Positions 1-11,128 of a stretch of DNA of 64,000 nt are shown here, piece by piece; within the stretch, counting starts at the first letter, position 1, and every line of letters begins with the position of its first letter. Source of the DNA: Camelus dromedarius (Eukaryota); contig NC_087436.1 in the NCBI RefSeq assembly GCF_036321535.1, positions 83,020,001 through 83,084,000 on the forward strand, given 5' to 3'. A program made the position numbers and the translations under genes. Below the pieces are notes generated by a model, which had not been told where the DNA came from, made no database searches, and saw only the letters and a program-made list of their open reading frames with translations.

Positions 1-689
1 TTTCTAGCTCCAGCTTTAGTGCAGGAAATTTCTCTCCTACCCTTTTGGCCTTCAGCCATCTCCCAAATTATAAGTAAAAGAATGATATTTAAAGGTAACT
101 CCTTTAGACTTTATTGCAAATCTGCCACTGTCTAAAGCTATATTTGCATCTGAAGACAAAATCTGCCTAGAGGCTATTGTAAAAGCAGGGACTTAACGTC
201 CATTATTTTTGTATCCTTTGGAGCTCATCATATTCTGCTCAATTATTTCCACTGAATGAAAGACCAAATCACACAGCCCTATATTGAGCAAAGTAGCTTC
301 TTAAAGATATTATAAGCACAAACAAGAGGAAGTCACTAAACATCATGTTTAGAGAGGTCATTTGGAGAAGTTAAATTCTGGTAGGATCAGTAAACTACAT
401 ATACAAATTAGGGCATAAATACACACCACAGAAGGTTTCACTTGGGATCTGTGAAAGGCAAGGACAAGTCTTAAGGAATACTACCTAAGAACTCAATATA
501 TTAACACAGCTGGAGTTCAGAGAATATATTATTATCCCATTTCAAAGCAGGACATTCTTCCAGCCAGGAATGTCCTTCCCCACCTCTTTGCCTACAACCT
601 CAAATTCACTTGAGAACTGAAAGATTAAAAGACAGTTTCATCCCTCAGAGAGCACATGACCTAGAGGTGGGAGGTGGGGGGTCAAAAGT

Positions 690-1410
690 GGCCTCCTACA
701 GACATTTAAACAAGAAGGTCCTACTGCATAGCACGGGGAACTATATTCAATATCTTATAATAGCCCATAATGAAAAAGAATATGAAAAAGAACATGTATG
801 TATGAGGTGGGAAGCCCCATAAAAAAGACCGGCAGGACCCCCAGGCAGGGCCACTACTCTCCTGCCAGCACCATCCGGTTCCCTGGCCCAGCGGCTCTAT
901 CTTACTTTTTGCCTCTGAAATGGCTTACTTCTAGGAAAGTGGACCTTACCCCTAAAATTCTATTGGTTCCCTAAGCCAACTCCTGATTGGTCCATTTGTA
1001 GTACTTCATTTGCATGGAGCTCACTCCTGATTGGTTATTTCTCTCCCTCCTGATTGGTTCATTTCTACAAAACTTGTTCCTAATTAATCAACTTTTGTTA
1101 TACTTTATTTGCATATGATGTTGCAAAGTGTAAACTGGCAGCCTATAAAAGCCTGTGTAAACCTACAGACAGGGTCCAGAGCTTGGAGTGTTAACTCCTC
1201 TGGGCCCGCTGGCATAATAAACCTGAGTTCTCCAACTCTCCGAGTGCTGCTTGGTCTCTTGCCCAGATCCAGGTTGCTGTTACAACTGAGCTGTAACACT
1301 GAGCTATAACACATTTTTCTGCAACATGTACATATATGACTGAATCGCTCTGCTGTACAACAGAAACTAACACACTGTAAATCAACTGTACTTCGATTAA
1401 AAAAAAAAAA
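690..1410 (+). mobile_element. L1 3' UTR end (cetartiodactyl-type) with poly(A), split by the LTR at 803-1326
   Basis: Typical L1 3' text 'aaggtcctactgcatagcacggggaactatattcaatatc' resumes after the LTR as 'catatatgactgaatcgctctgctgtacaacagaaactaacacactgtaaatcaactgtacttcgattaaaaaa'. Confidence 0.85.
803..1326 (+). mobile_element. Solo LTR, ERV1 class
   Basis: TG...CA ends; perfect 4-bp TSD TGTA (799-802, 1327-1330); TATAAAA 1144-1150; AATAAA 1216-1221; interrupts an L1 3' UTR. Confidence 0.9.
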
Positions 1411-1563
1411 GAAGTGGCTTCCTAGAGGAGACTAACCAGATGATGTGAAGAGGGGAAAAGAGAAAGTTGGTCTAGTAAAGAAAAGCAAAAGTCCTTAAAC
1501 TGAAAGAGACTGTTGGGAAACACATGCAGTTTAAAATACTATAGTTTATGTTTCGGGAAGGAG

Positions 1564-2181
1564 TGAAGTGGGAGGAAAGGGGCAGGGCACAATCACTGAA
1601 GGAATGACACAGCCATCAAAGACAGGACAAGCTGGTTAGAACCTAGATGGTGGAAGATTCTACTGCCAGCAGACCTTGAGAGTCATGGCGCACCCACAGG
1701 CACCGTGACAGTTCCTAGGCTGCCTTTAAGAGGTCAAAAGTGGGCAGGGAGGATGTTTCCTGGAAATCCTTGCCCCTTCCCCAAAGCAGTTGGAATAATC
1801 CTCCCACTTGTTAGCATATGAAATTGCCGAGCCCATAAACCCTAACAACTCCGCACCTTGTGGCCGCTCTCACTCGCTCTGCCACCCTCGCTCTGTTGTG
1901 CTCACCTTCTGAGTTGGTCCGCACTCTGTCCACGGAGTATGTATTGACTTTTACTTTAAACACCCCACACCTCTCGGCTTCTCTCCCTCTCACCTTTCTG
2001 AGATGGTCTACATTCTGCATATGAAGTGTGTATCGCCTAAGCCATTTTCCCTTCTGAGGGAGACAGAATGCACTCTGTCTATAGAGTATGTATCTCTCTA
2101 AATAAAGTTATTTTCACTTTACCATGCCTTGCTCTTGAATTCTTTCCTGCACGAGGCAAGAACCTATTCTGCCCCTCAACA
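1564..2181 (+). mobile_element. MER41-like solo LTR (copy 1)
   Basis: TG...CA ends; imperfect TSD GGAG/GGGG; MER41-type blocks 'ggaataatcctcccacttgttagcatat' and 'cttgaattctttcctgcacgaggcaagaacc'; AATAAA at 2101; homologous to copies at 4305 and 22728. Confidence 0.8.
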
Positions 2182-2499
2182 GGGGCAGTAAGAAATTGAG
2201 GCTGGAGAGGTAAGCAAAAGCCATCAAAGGGTGACTGTAGGGAGCTAAGACGTGACTCTGGAAGCTCAGCAGGTCCCCTCTCAGCCCTCTCCTCACTTGT
2301 CCTAAACATCCTCATCCTTCCAGCTGAGGAGATACTGGCAAGGCCAGCTAGGGATCTATGGGGAAATCAATGACTTGTGGAAAAAAGGTATAGATGACTC
2401 CCCAAAAAGGGGAATATTTTGGTAGGTATAACATTCCTTCTAATATACTGCCAACTCTACTCATGAATCAGCCTAATCTTTGTTTCTTGTCATGTTTAT

Positions 2500-2690
2500 T
2501 GAAAACATGCCAACCAAAAACAGTGTTGTAAACAGTAAAACGCATCCTCTTTAAGTATAGTTTTTGAACTTTTGAAAATGTAGTCATACAACCACCAAAA
2601 TCAAGACAGACCATTTCCATCACCCCAAAGAAATCCCCTCCTCCCACCCCAGCCCCTGACAACCATGGATCTGTTTCCCGTCCCTTTAAT
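2500..2690 (-). mobile_element. Old L1M 3' end fragment
   Basis: 'accaccaaaatcaagacagaccatttccatcaccccaaagaaatcccc...cccctgacaaccatggatctg' resembles an antisense L1M 3' UTR. Confidence 0.65.
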
Positions 2691-2745
2691 TTTTCAATTT
2701 AGTCTCAATCTTTTTAAATAGATGGAAGTGCACATAAAGTAAATA

Positions 2746-3545
2746 CAGTTGACCCTTTGAAACTGAGCAGGATCCTGTGGGGCCCTCCTGGGTACCAAAG
2801 ACTTTCCGTGTCCCCCTCTCTGCCCCCTACATACACCTATTTCTTGTTTGTAGGAAAAGGCTTCAGCCTCCTAAACCTTCCCTGAATTCCAAAGGACAGA
2901 GTCAAACAGTTACTCTTCAGAGTGAAGGAACGCAAAACAAGGGAAAGGCAGTCAGGAAACAATAGTGCAGCAATGGGGAAGGGTCCTGATTCCTCCTCAA
3001 GGGATTTGCGTAGCAATCTGATACATATCCCCGAGTTCTACTGAAGGAACTAAGGCCCCCACCCAGGTGGAGGTTGGTAACTTCAGGCTGAGCACAAGAT
3101 TCCTGGAACACCGCCCTGGTACCTCACCACCAACCAATCAGAAGAAAGTCATACACCCTGCAGCCCTCACCCAAGATTTTGACTATAGAAACCTCCCAGA
3201 AAACCAAGAGGGAGTTCAGGTCTTTTGAGCACGAGCCACCTGTTCTTGCCTGGCCCTGCAGTAAACCTTTCTCTGCTCCAAAATCCGACTTTTCCGTTTG
3301 CTTGCCTCACCGTGCGTCCTACACATGAACTTGCATTTGGCATCACCTTGAACAACACAGGTTTGAGCTGTGCAGGTCCACTTATATGCAGAGTTCCTTT
3401 CAATAAATATATTGGAAAATTATTTTTGAGATTTGCAACAATCTGAAAAAACTTGCAAACTACATAGCCTAGAAATATAAAAAAAATTAAAGTAAGCTAT
3501 GGCATGAGTGCAGAGAATATATGTAGATGTATATATAACATATAC
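2746..3545 (+). mobile_element. Tigger1-like DNA transposon end, split by the LTR at 2758-3345
   Basis: TA followed by TIR 'cagttgaccctt' (2746-2757), which resumes after the LTR as 'gaacaacacaggtttgagctgtgcaggtccacttatatgcag'. Confidence 0.85.
2758..3345 (+). mobile_element. Solo LTR, ERV1 class
   Basis: TG...CA ends; perfect 4-bp TSD CCTT (2754-2757, 3346-3349) inside the Tigger TIR; CCAAT box and 'agtaaa' poly(A)-like signal. Confidence 0.9.
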
Positions 3546-3550
3546 AGTAT

Positions 3551-4070
3551 TGTTGAGGGACACTTGGTGGAGCCTGTGACTCCGGTTGGTAAGAAGAATT
3601 TACCAAAGGCAAAGAAAGTTCAAGAACAAAGGAAGGTTTAATAGGTTTGCTGCTACAGGCAACAGTGGGCCACACAGGCAAGAGGTGCCTGTGTGTCCAC
3701 CAGGTGTGAACGTGAAGGGTCTTTTATTGGGGAAGGGGCTGTGAACACAAAGGGATAGGGTAACAGATTTCTGATTGGCTGTAAGTGAGGTAAGGGGCTT
3801 TGGTATAAGGCGGGTAGTAGATTTATGACTCCAGTGAGATGGAGACATGGGCTGACACAGGCAAGGTAGTGGAATTTATGATTCCGATAATGAGGAGAAC
3901 AAGTCGGCCTGAGCCTCGGTGAGGCTAGTCATTTCCCAGGGCTGTTAATTCTGCTACGGCAAACACGTTAGGAAAGGGTGTACTTTGTTTTTTTCAGGGA
4001 TTGCAGGTGGACATCTGACAGCCTGGGAATGGGGGTCTCAGGGCCTCGGCAGGCACCAGTCGGCACTGCA
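3551..4070 (-). mobile_element. Probable LTR, family unassigned
   Basis: Starts TGTTG; reverse-strand ATTAAA, TATA-like 'ttttat' and CCAAT in LTR-like order; right boundary and TSD unclear. Confidence 0.45.
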
Positions 4071-4074
4071 CACA

Positions 4075-4270
4075 CCATAGGCCACGGCAAGAACTTTGGC
4101 TTTGGCTTCAAATGAGACTGGAAGGCACCAAAAAGTTCTGGGTAGAGGAAAGATAAGATCTAACAATGTTTAAAAAGATGACTCTGACTTGGGGGGGGGG
4201 GGGCACTGAGGGAGGAGCAGAGAATAGGGAGACCATGTAGAGGCTACTGTAATCATCCAACAGCCAAGAT
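4075..4270 (+). mobile_element. L2 fragment
   Basis: 'gtttaaaaagatgactctgac...gggagaccatgtagaggctactgtaatcatcca' resembles L2 3' region. Confidence 0.6.
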
Positions 4271-4304
4271 GGGGACACTGGCCTGCACACCCCTCCCAGC
4301 CTAC

Positions 4305-4853
4305 TGTCACAAGTCCCTGGGACACGCCCTGCCAAGTGAGGGTCCTTGGCTTCACACAGGAAAGAATTCAAGAGTGAGCCATAGTTGAGTAAAAGTGGAT
4401 TTATTTAGAGAGATGGAAACGGGGAGGGGGGCGGGGGAAGTTGTTAAAATAAGGTAGATACACACTCCACAGACAGAGCGCAGGCCCTCTCAAAAGCAAG
4501 AGAGAGAGCTCAAGCCCTTGAGGTGCGGTGTTGCTTGTTTTTATATGCTAACAAGTGAGAGGATTATTCCAACTACCTTGGGGAAAGGTCAGGGATTCCC
4601 AGGAGCTGGGCCACTGCTCACTCTTTTGATCTTTCATGGTTGTCTTTGGAATTGTCATGGCACCTGTGGGTGTGTCATTCACCATGCTAGTACCTTACAA
4701 TGAGTATAATGAAGCTTAAGGTCCACTGGAGGTTGAATGTCCTGCCATCTTTGGCCTCCAGATCTACTGGGAGTTGAATCTTCCACCATCTTGGTGCCAA
4801 CTGCTATGTCATTCCTTTAATGGCTGTGTCCTGCCCACTTCCTTCCTGCCTCA
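4305..4853 (-). mobile_element. MER41-like solo LTR (copy 2)
   Basis: Reverse complement starts 'tgaggcaggaaggaagtgggcaggacacag'; homologous to copies 1 and 3; near TSD CTAC/CTAT. Confidence 0.85.
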
Positions 4854-5244
4854 CTATGACAGCTGGGTATGCTTTGCCCTAAATACAATACTAGACACAA
4901 GACAAGCACTCAGAAACTGTAAGTAGAAACAGTACCTAGATTCTAAGGAAGAGTGGATTCAGATACATACTTTAGGATGCCAGTAGTACACCCTGTCTGC
5001 AGCCCTCTTCTTTATCCACAAGAAGGTAAGGCTGGGAGGGCGGGGAGGGCCCAGGACTCCAGCAGGCAGGAGGAGGCGCCTTATTCCCAGAGCAAGGTCA
5101 CAGCCGATGGAGATTTCATAATGATTCTCTGCTGTCTGACCCATTCCAAAACAACCCCATTTCCCCACCTCCCCCAACTCTGCCCAGTAAGGGAAACACA
5201 AGGGCAAGTATAACAACAGTCCAGCTTCAGGATGAAGGGAACTT

Positions 5245-5306
5245 ATTTACATTTACATTTTACATTTACACTCATTTTACACTTACATTCACACTCATTT
5301 ACATTT
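5245..5306. repeat. Degenerate (ATTTAC)n low-complexity repeat
   Basis: Seen directly: atttacatttacattttacatttacactcattttacacttacattcacactcatttacattt. Confidence 0.7.
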
Positions 5307-6960
5307 AAGAAGGATCTGATAGATGTGGACAGGGAATGTAGCCTGTCATTCCGGTAAACAGGGATCAAGCCATCAGCCACTGCAGTCAAACACCCCCCCC
5401 AACCCCCTCACCCCATGGCACATGCTGAGGGGAAATCAGGATAGAGAAAAAGCAGCAGCATTATGTGCTTTGGGTGCTGGCCCAAGATAGTTAAAATGCA
5501 TATCTAACAAACAATTTCAATGAGCCCAGATTCTTGCATCTTCCCATACCTAGAAAAGCACCGAAGTCTTAACTTGAGATGTCTGTTTCTTGTGACTAAC
5601 AGTAATCTCTGATGTTTGACTAGATTTTTTTTTTTAAAGCAAAAAATTCCTATGTATCTTGGCCTCTCCTTTACCTCTTTGGAGCAGTTCCTCAGAGCTA
5701 CCTGAGAGGCTGCCTCCCAGCTACAGTCCTCAGTAAGATCTTCAAATAAGACTTAACTTGAAACTTTCAGGTTGTGCGTTTTTCTTCAGTTGACCATTCT
5801 GGCGAACAGTAAAGGGACCCAGAGCAGACTTCTCCCCTTTGCCTGGGCTCTACGAGGACCTGGAGCCTTGGTACCAGCAGAGGCCTCTTAAGCCTGTCTG
5901 CCCTCTCAGAGAGACCAGGCAAATTTGGGTGAGTCTCTCCTGGTTCTTGGATCTCCCCTTATTGGCTGATGATCCTAAGTTTTATTTGGTGGTGGATAAA
6001 CTCCTCTCTGGAAGAGTAGGTTTTCCTTGAACTTAGTTTCAAGAAGAGTTACCTGGGTTACTCAAGATGAAATTACCCAAGATGAAAGATCCTGGGAAGA
6101 TTTTGCTCAATTGAAAGACACTGAGTGGGCTACCCCAGTTGAGAGACACTAGGAAGATTTTATTATGCATGTACAGAATTTATTCCTACAAGAACTTGCT
6201 TACCTGAGAATTAAAGGACATCTCACCCTAAAAATGACCGAATTGGGGTTCTTTTGATATGCCAAAGTTAATTTGTGTGTGTGTACGTGTGTGCATCTAG
6301 AAAAAGCCAGCTTGAGAAACCATCTTTTCAGAATTCTGACCTTAAAGGAACAAAGGCCCTTCTAGGAGAAACTTGCATTTCTCGCTGTGTGTCTTTGAGA
6401 TGTAAATATTCTACCTGATCTTCTTAGGTGCCCCCCCGCCCCGCCCCCCCCCCCCCCCGTGTCTTGAGAGCTTGGTTCCTGGAATCCAGGAAGTACGCAT
6501 ATGATGTATATCTGTCAGCCAGCCAATAATCTGGGATTCTGAGCAGTCTTTGTCTGGTTGTGCCAACTCTTGGAGAATTTTATCATAAGGGGTCCCAGCC
6601 CATAAGGGGCTCCTGTCATCTCAATCTTTGTTGCATTTGTCTATACAATGAAGGCCTTCACTTTCTTAGTATTTTAGGGAGTAAACTTTCTAGATCTTGT
6701 GAAGGCTGCATCCTCTGCATTCTGTTGTGGGGACACCTTTCTCATCTTACTGGGTTGAGTAGTCTTTAAGATACTATTCTTCAGTGGCCAGACGATAGAT
6801 CCTTTAAACTGGAGAAACTCCTGAATTGGTAAATTTTTAAAGAGCTCTCAATATAAACAGCTATTTTATCGGTACCTATGAAAAGACCAAAGTAGAAGGT
6901 AGATACAAAAAAATGAAAAAGGCTAACCTTAAGAAATCCCTTAGTTTAAAACAAACAACA

Positions 6961-8158
6961 GGAACACATAGGTAGAACACTCGTTGACATAAATCACAGC
7001 AATATTTTTTTTGAACGAGCTCCTAGAGTAATGGAAACGAAAGCAAAAATAAACAAATGGGGTCTCATTAAATTTAAAAGTTTTTGCACAGCTAAGGATA
7101 CTATCAACAAAATGAAAACACAACCTACAGAATGAGAGAAAATATTTGCAAATGATGTGACTGACAAGGGACTAATTTCCAAAATATACAAACAACTCAT
7201 ACAGCTTAATATCAAAAAAATAAGCAACCCAATCAAAAAACGGGCAGAAGAGCTAAATAGACACCTCTCCAAAGAAGACAGACAGATAGACAACAAGCAC
7301 ATCACTAATTGCTAGAGAAATGCAAATCAAAACTACAATGAGATATCACCTCACAACAGTCAGAATGGCCATTATTAAAAAGTCCATGTATGGTAAATGC
7401 TGGAGAGGGTGAGGGGAAAAGGGAACCCTCCTACACTGCTGGTGGGAATGTAAACTGGTTCAGCCACTATGGAGGACAGTACGGAGGTTCCTTAAAAAAC
7501 TAAAAATAAACTTACCATTTGATCCAGCAATCCTACTCTTGGACATATGTCTGGAGGAAAATATAATTCAAAAAGATACATGCACCCCAGTGTTCACAGC
7601 AGCACTATTTCCAATAGCTAAGACATGGAAACAACCCAAATGTCCATCAACAGATGACTGGATAAAGAACATATGGTATATGTACACAATGGAATACTAC
7701 TAAGCCATAAAAAGAATAAAATAATGCCATTTGCAGCAACATGGATGGACCTGGAGGCTGTCATTCTAAGTGAAGAAAGCCATGAAGAGAAAGAAAAATA
7801 CCATATGATATCTATCATTTATATGTGGAATCTAAAAAAAGAAAAAAAAAAGACACGAATGAACTTGTTTACAAAACAAAAACAGACTCACAGACGTAAA
7901 GAACAAACTTATGGTTACCAGGGGGTAAAGGAGATGGGAAGGGATAAACTGGGAATTCGAAATTTGTACCTCCTGGGGAATGATGGAAATGTTAGCTATC
8001 TTGATTGTGGTGATGGTTTCCACTGGTGTATACACCTATCAAAATTCATCAAGTTGTACATCTGAAATATGTGTATTTCACTGTACAGGAATCACACCAC
8101 ACTACAGGTGTTAAAAAAAGGATAAAGATGATCAATAAATAAATAAATAAAAATAAAT
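6961..8158 (+). mobile_element. 5'-truncated L1 (ORF2 C-terminus and part of 3' UTR) fused to an older L1M 3' end, with A-rich tail
   Basis: ORF2 C-terminal remnant (IMPFAATWMDLEAVILSE); junction ~7969; AATAAA-rich tail 8134-8157; TSD tttaaaacaaacaaca (6945-6960) / tttaaaaacaacaaca (~8159-8174). Confidence 0.85.
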
Positions 8159-8459
8159 TTTAAAAACAACAACAAAATTCAGTTTGGGAAGCTGCATTTG
8201 TAGTCTGTTTCCCTTCAGTGAAACTTACAGATGCTAATAAAAACAGTAGATTAACTGTTAGTTAGGTGGATTAACAGGGGAACTAGAAAAAACTGATGGG
8301 AAAGTCTAGAGACTTCTTCCCAACAAATTTTAAAGGATAAAAATCTTTAGATGGTTAAGAAATGAAATAAATAAAACAGATGTTAATGGGATTAAAACAA
8401 AGGTTTTGGATACAACACTACCTAAGTTTGGAGGGCCAAAGGGACCTCCTGTTGGTCCC

Positions 8460-11128
8460 TGTGACCGAAAAATACTGCAAGCCGTATCAGTAAACAAAGA
8501 ATGCTGAAGCCATCAAGTCATCAGCTGCTACCGCCACCCTCCAGTGAAGACAAGCCTGCAGCCCAGCCTCTGCAGCCACTCACAATGGTGCACTCTGAGG
8601 GGACTGAGAATAAGAAAGGACAGGATATTGGCCCTAGATAGCTAGATGCTTGTCAAAGGAATGAATTCAATGAGCCCAAATGTTTGCTCCCTCCCATACA
8701 TAGGAAAGCACTAAATTCTTTAACTTGACATATCCAGTATTCTTCATTTAACAAGTAATCTTTTAATGTTCCGACTACCTGGTCTTTGTTGTAAAATTCC
8801 TATATGTCCTAGCTCCTCTCCTACCTCTTCGGAGCAGTTTCTCAGAGTGATCTGAGAAGCTGTTATCCTGGCTTGAGTCCTCTGGCCGATTAAAACATAA
8901 CTCACAACTTTTAGGCTGTGCATTAACTTCAGTTGACAGTTTTGGTGACCACTAAGAAGGGAGGGACCCAGAGCAGACTTCTCTCCTTCGCCTGAACTCT
9001 ATGAGGAACTGGAGCCAGCAGTGGCCCTTTGTGCCCATCTGCCTCCTTGGGGAGTCCAGACAAATTTGGGTGAGTCTCTCCAGGTTCTCAGATCTCCCAT
9101 ATTGGTTGATGATACTGAATTTTATTTGGTGGTGTATCCAGGTACCTGGACCCCCAGTTGAAAGATACTGGGGGGAAATACCCGCCCAGTGGAGACGTGC
9201 TGGTGGGGACTGGTTGAAAGATACCAGGGACATACCCACCCTAAGGAGACGTCCCAGGTGGGGTCTAGTTGAAAGATACCAAGGTCTGGACGGAGTGGTT
9301 GGGTAAGAGGCTGGTCTAACACTTTCCTCAATTTGGCTACCTCCACTGAATTTGTCGGGATAAAAGTAAAATCTTATGAGAAGCCTTTCAACTCCAAAGA
9401 TGGGACTCTCTTCCTGGCTGACAATGGCTTGTGCTTTCTCAGGTGACTAAGAAACTTGCAGGAGTGGTGGAGGCAAATATCTCATGCCATGTAGCTGTCC
9501 CTGCAGGGAAACCCACTAGCAATTTTATTCTGACAACCCAACCTTAGAATGGGGACTAGAACTTTCAAGACAAAAGAAAAAGAAATGACAGACTGCCAAC
9601 CTCTAACTAATACCCCGGCCAAGTTCATGTACGTACAAAATTTACTTCAGCTGAGAATTAAAGAAAATCTTACCTTGAAAATAACTAGGTCAGGGCTCTT
9701 CCATTGCTTACGCAGTTAAGTTAAAAAAAAAAAGTCGGCCTGATAAAAATATTTTTCTCCGGAATTCCTACCTTACAAAAACAAAAGCCCTTTTAAGAGG
9801 AACTTGGATTTTTCTTCCTGTGTCCTTGAAATGTAAAGGTTTTCTTTCTCTGGGCGTTTTGTGTGTATGTATGTATGTATGTATGTATGTGTTTTTTTTT
9901 TTTAACGAAAACTTGGACTCTGTCATCTAGAAGGTATAAATATGATGTACATATGGTGGCCAAGCAAATAAATTGGGATTCTGAACAATCCTTTGATTGT
10001 ACCAATTCTCAGACATTTTGCCACCTTAACCTTTTGTTGCATCAGCCTGGACCGCAAAGGCCTTTTTACATTTTGGGGGAGTAAACTTTTGAATCTTATT
10101 TAGGCGGCAACCCACCCCTCCTACTTTCTTGTGGGAAAGCCTATTTGTCTTATCGTTTTAAAATCACTACTAATATATACGTATTTCACTGATGGCCAGA
10201 TGACAGATCCTTTAAATTGGAAAAACTTCTAAACTGGTAAAACTTTAGAGAGCTCTCGTTATAAACCTATAGTTTATAGGTTTTATTGGTACCTATAAAA
10301 ATCAATCAAGTTTAAAGGTGGAAAAATATATATCTAACGGTTAACCTAAGAACTTAATTTAAAAAAAAAACGGATTTGAAAAGCTGTATTTATGTTTCCC
10401 TTTTCCCCTCAATGGGTTTTAGAGATGCTATAAAAACATTAGAATAATTAATGTTAATTAGGTTGAGTACTGGAAAAAGGAATGTAGAAAATGTCTAAAG
10501 ATTTTTTTTTCTTAACAAGGGAAAAATAAGGGACTTATCCCAAATGGATAAATATTGTTCAGATGGTTATTTAAAATGGGATAAATAAAAGGGATATTTA
10601 TGGCTTAAGATAGACAAGGTTTTGATACTACACTACGTAAGGTTAAAAAGGCCAAAGGGATCACCTACTGGTCCCCAGCATTAAAGTTCAAACAAGTCTG
10701 CTCTATTTACCCTGGTTTAAAATGTATATATTTATAGGGCTGGGGAAAAAATATACACTGAGATACTTGATCAACAACTGGAGCAACAGTTAGACCAATT
10801 AATCAAATTTTAAAATCGACAAGGGCCTAAGTCCTTTGGCTCAAACTAAGGATCCCAGAGACTTTTATATAAAATTAGATAAAATGGACAAGAGATTAAA
10901 AAAAAAAAAAGGCTTCTAGGACTCCTTCTGGTTTTCTTCAGATAACAAGTGATCTTTTAATGTTCCAACTACCTGGTCTTTGTTGTAAAACTCCAATACA
11001 TCCTAGCTTCTCCCTTACCCTCTTTGGAGCAGTTTCTCAGAGCCATCTGAGAGGCTGTCATCCCGGTTTGAGTCCTTCCGTTGAATAAAACTCTCAACTT
11101 TTAGGCTGTGCATTTATTTCAGTTGACA
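8460..11128 (+). mobile_element. Inner ERV1 provirus remnant: 5' LTR 8460-8938, leader/internal, partial 3' LTR ~10971-11128
   Basis: Both LTRs end 'cttttaggctgtgcatt...ttcagttgaca'; PBS-like 'ttggtgaccac...aaggga' follows the 5' LTR; flanks gtccc / gtcct. Confidence 0.85.

Noticed and set aside
6428..6458. Long C-rich run (G-quadruplex potential on the minus strand)
   Set aside because: Homopolymer expansion inside an ERV relic, prone to sequencing error; nothing suggests function.
9150..9300. Spaced repeats of GTTGAAAGATAC resembling a repeat-spacer array
   Set aside because: Degenerate subrepeats of an ERV leader, also present near 6110-6150; mammalian context, not CRISPR.
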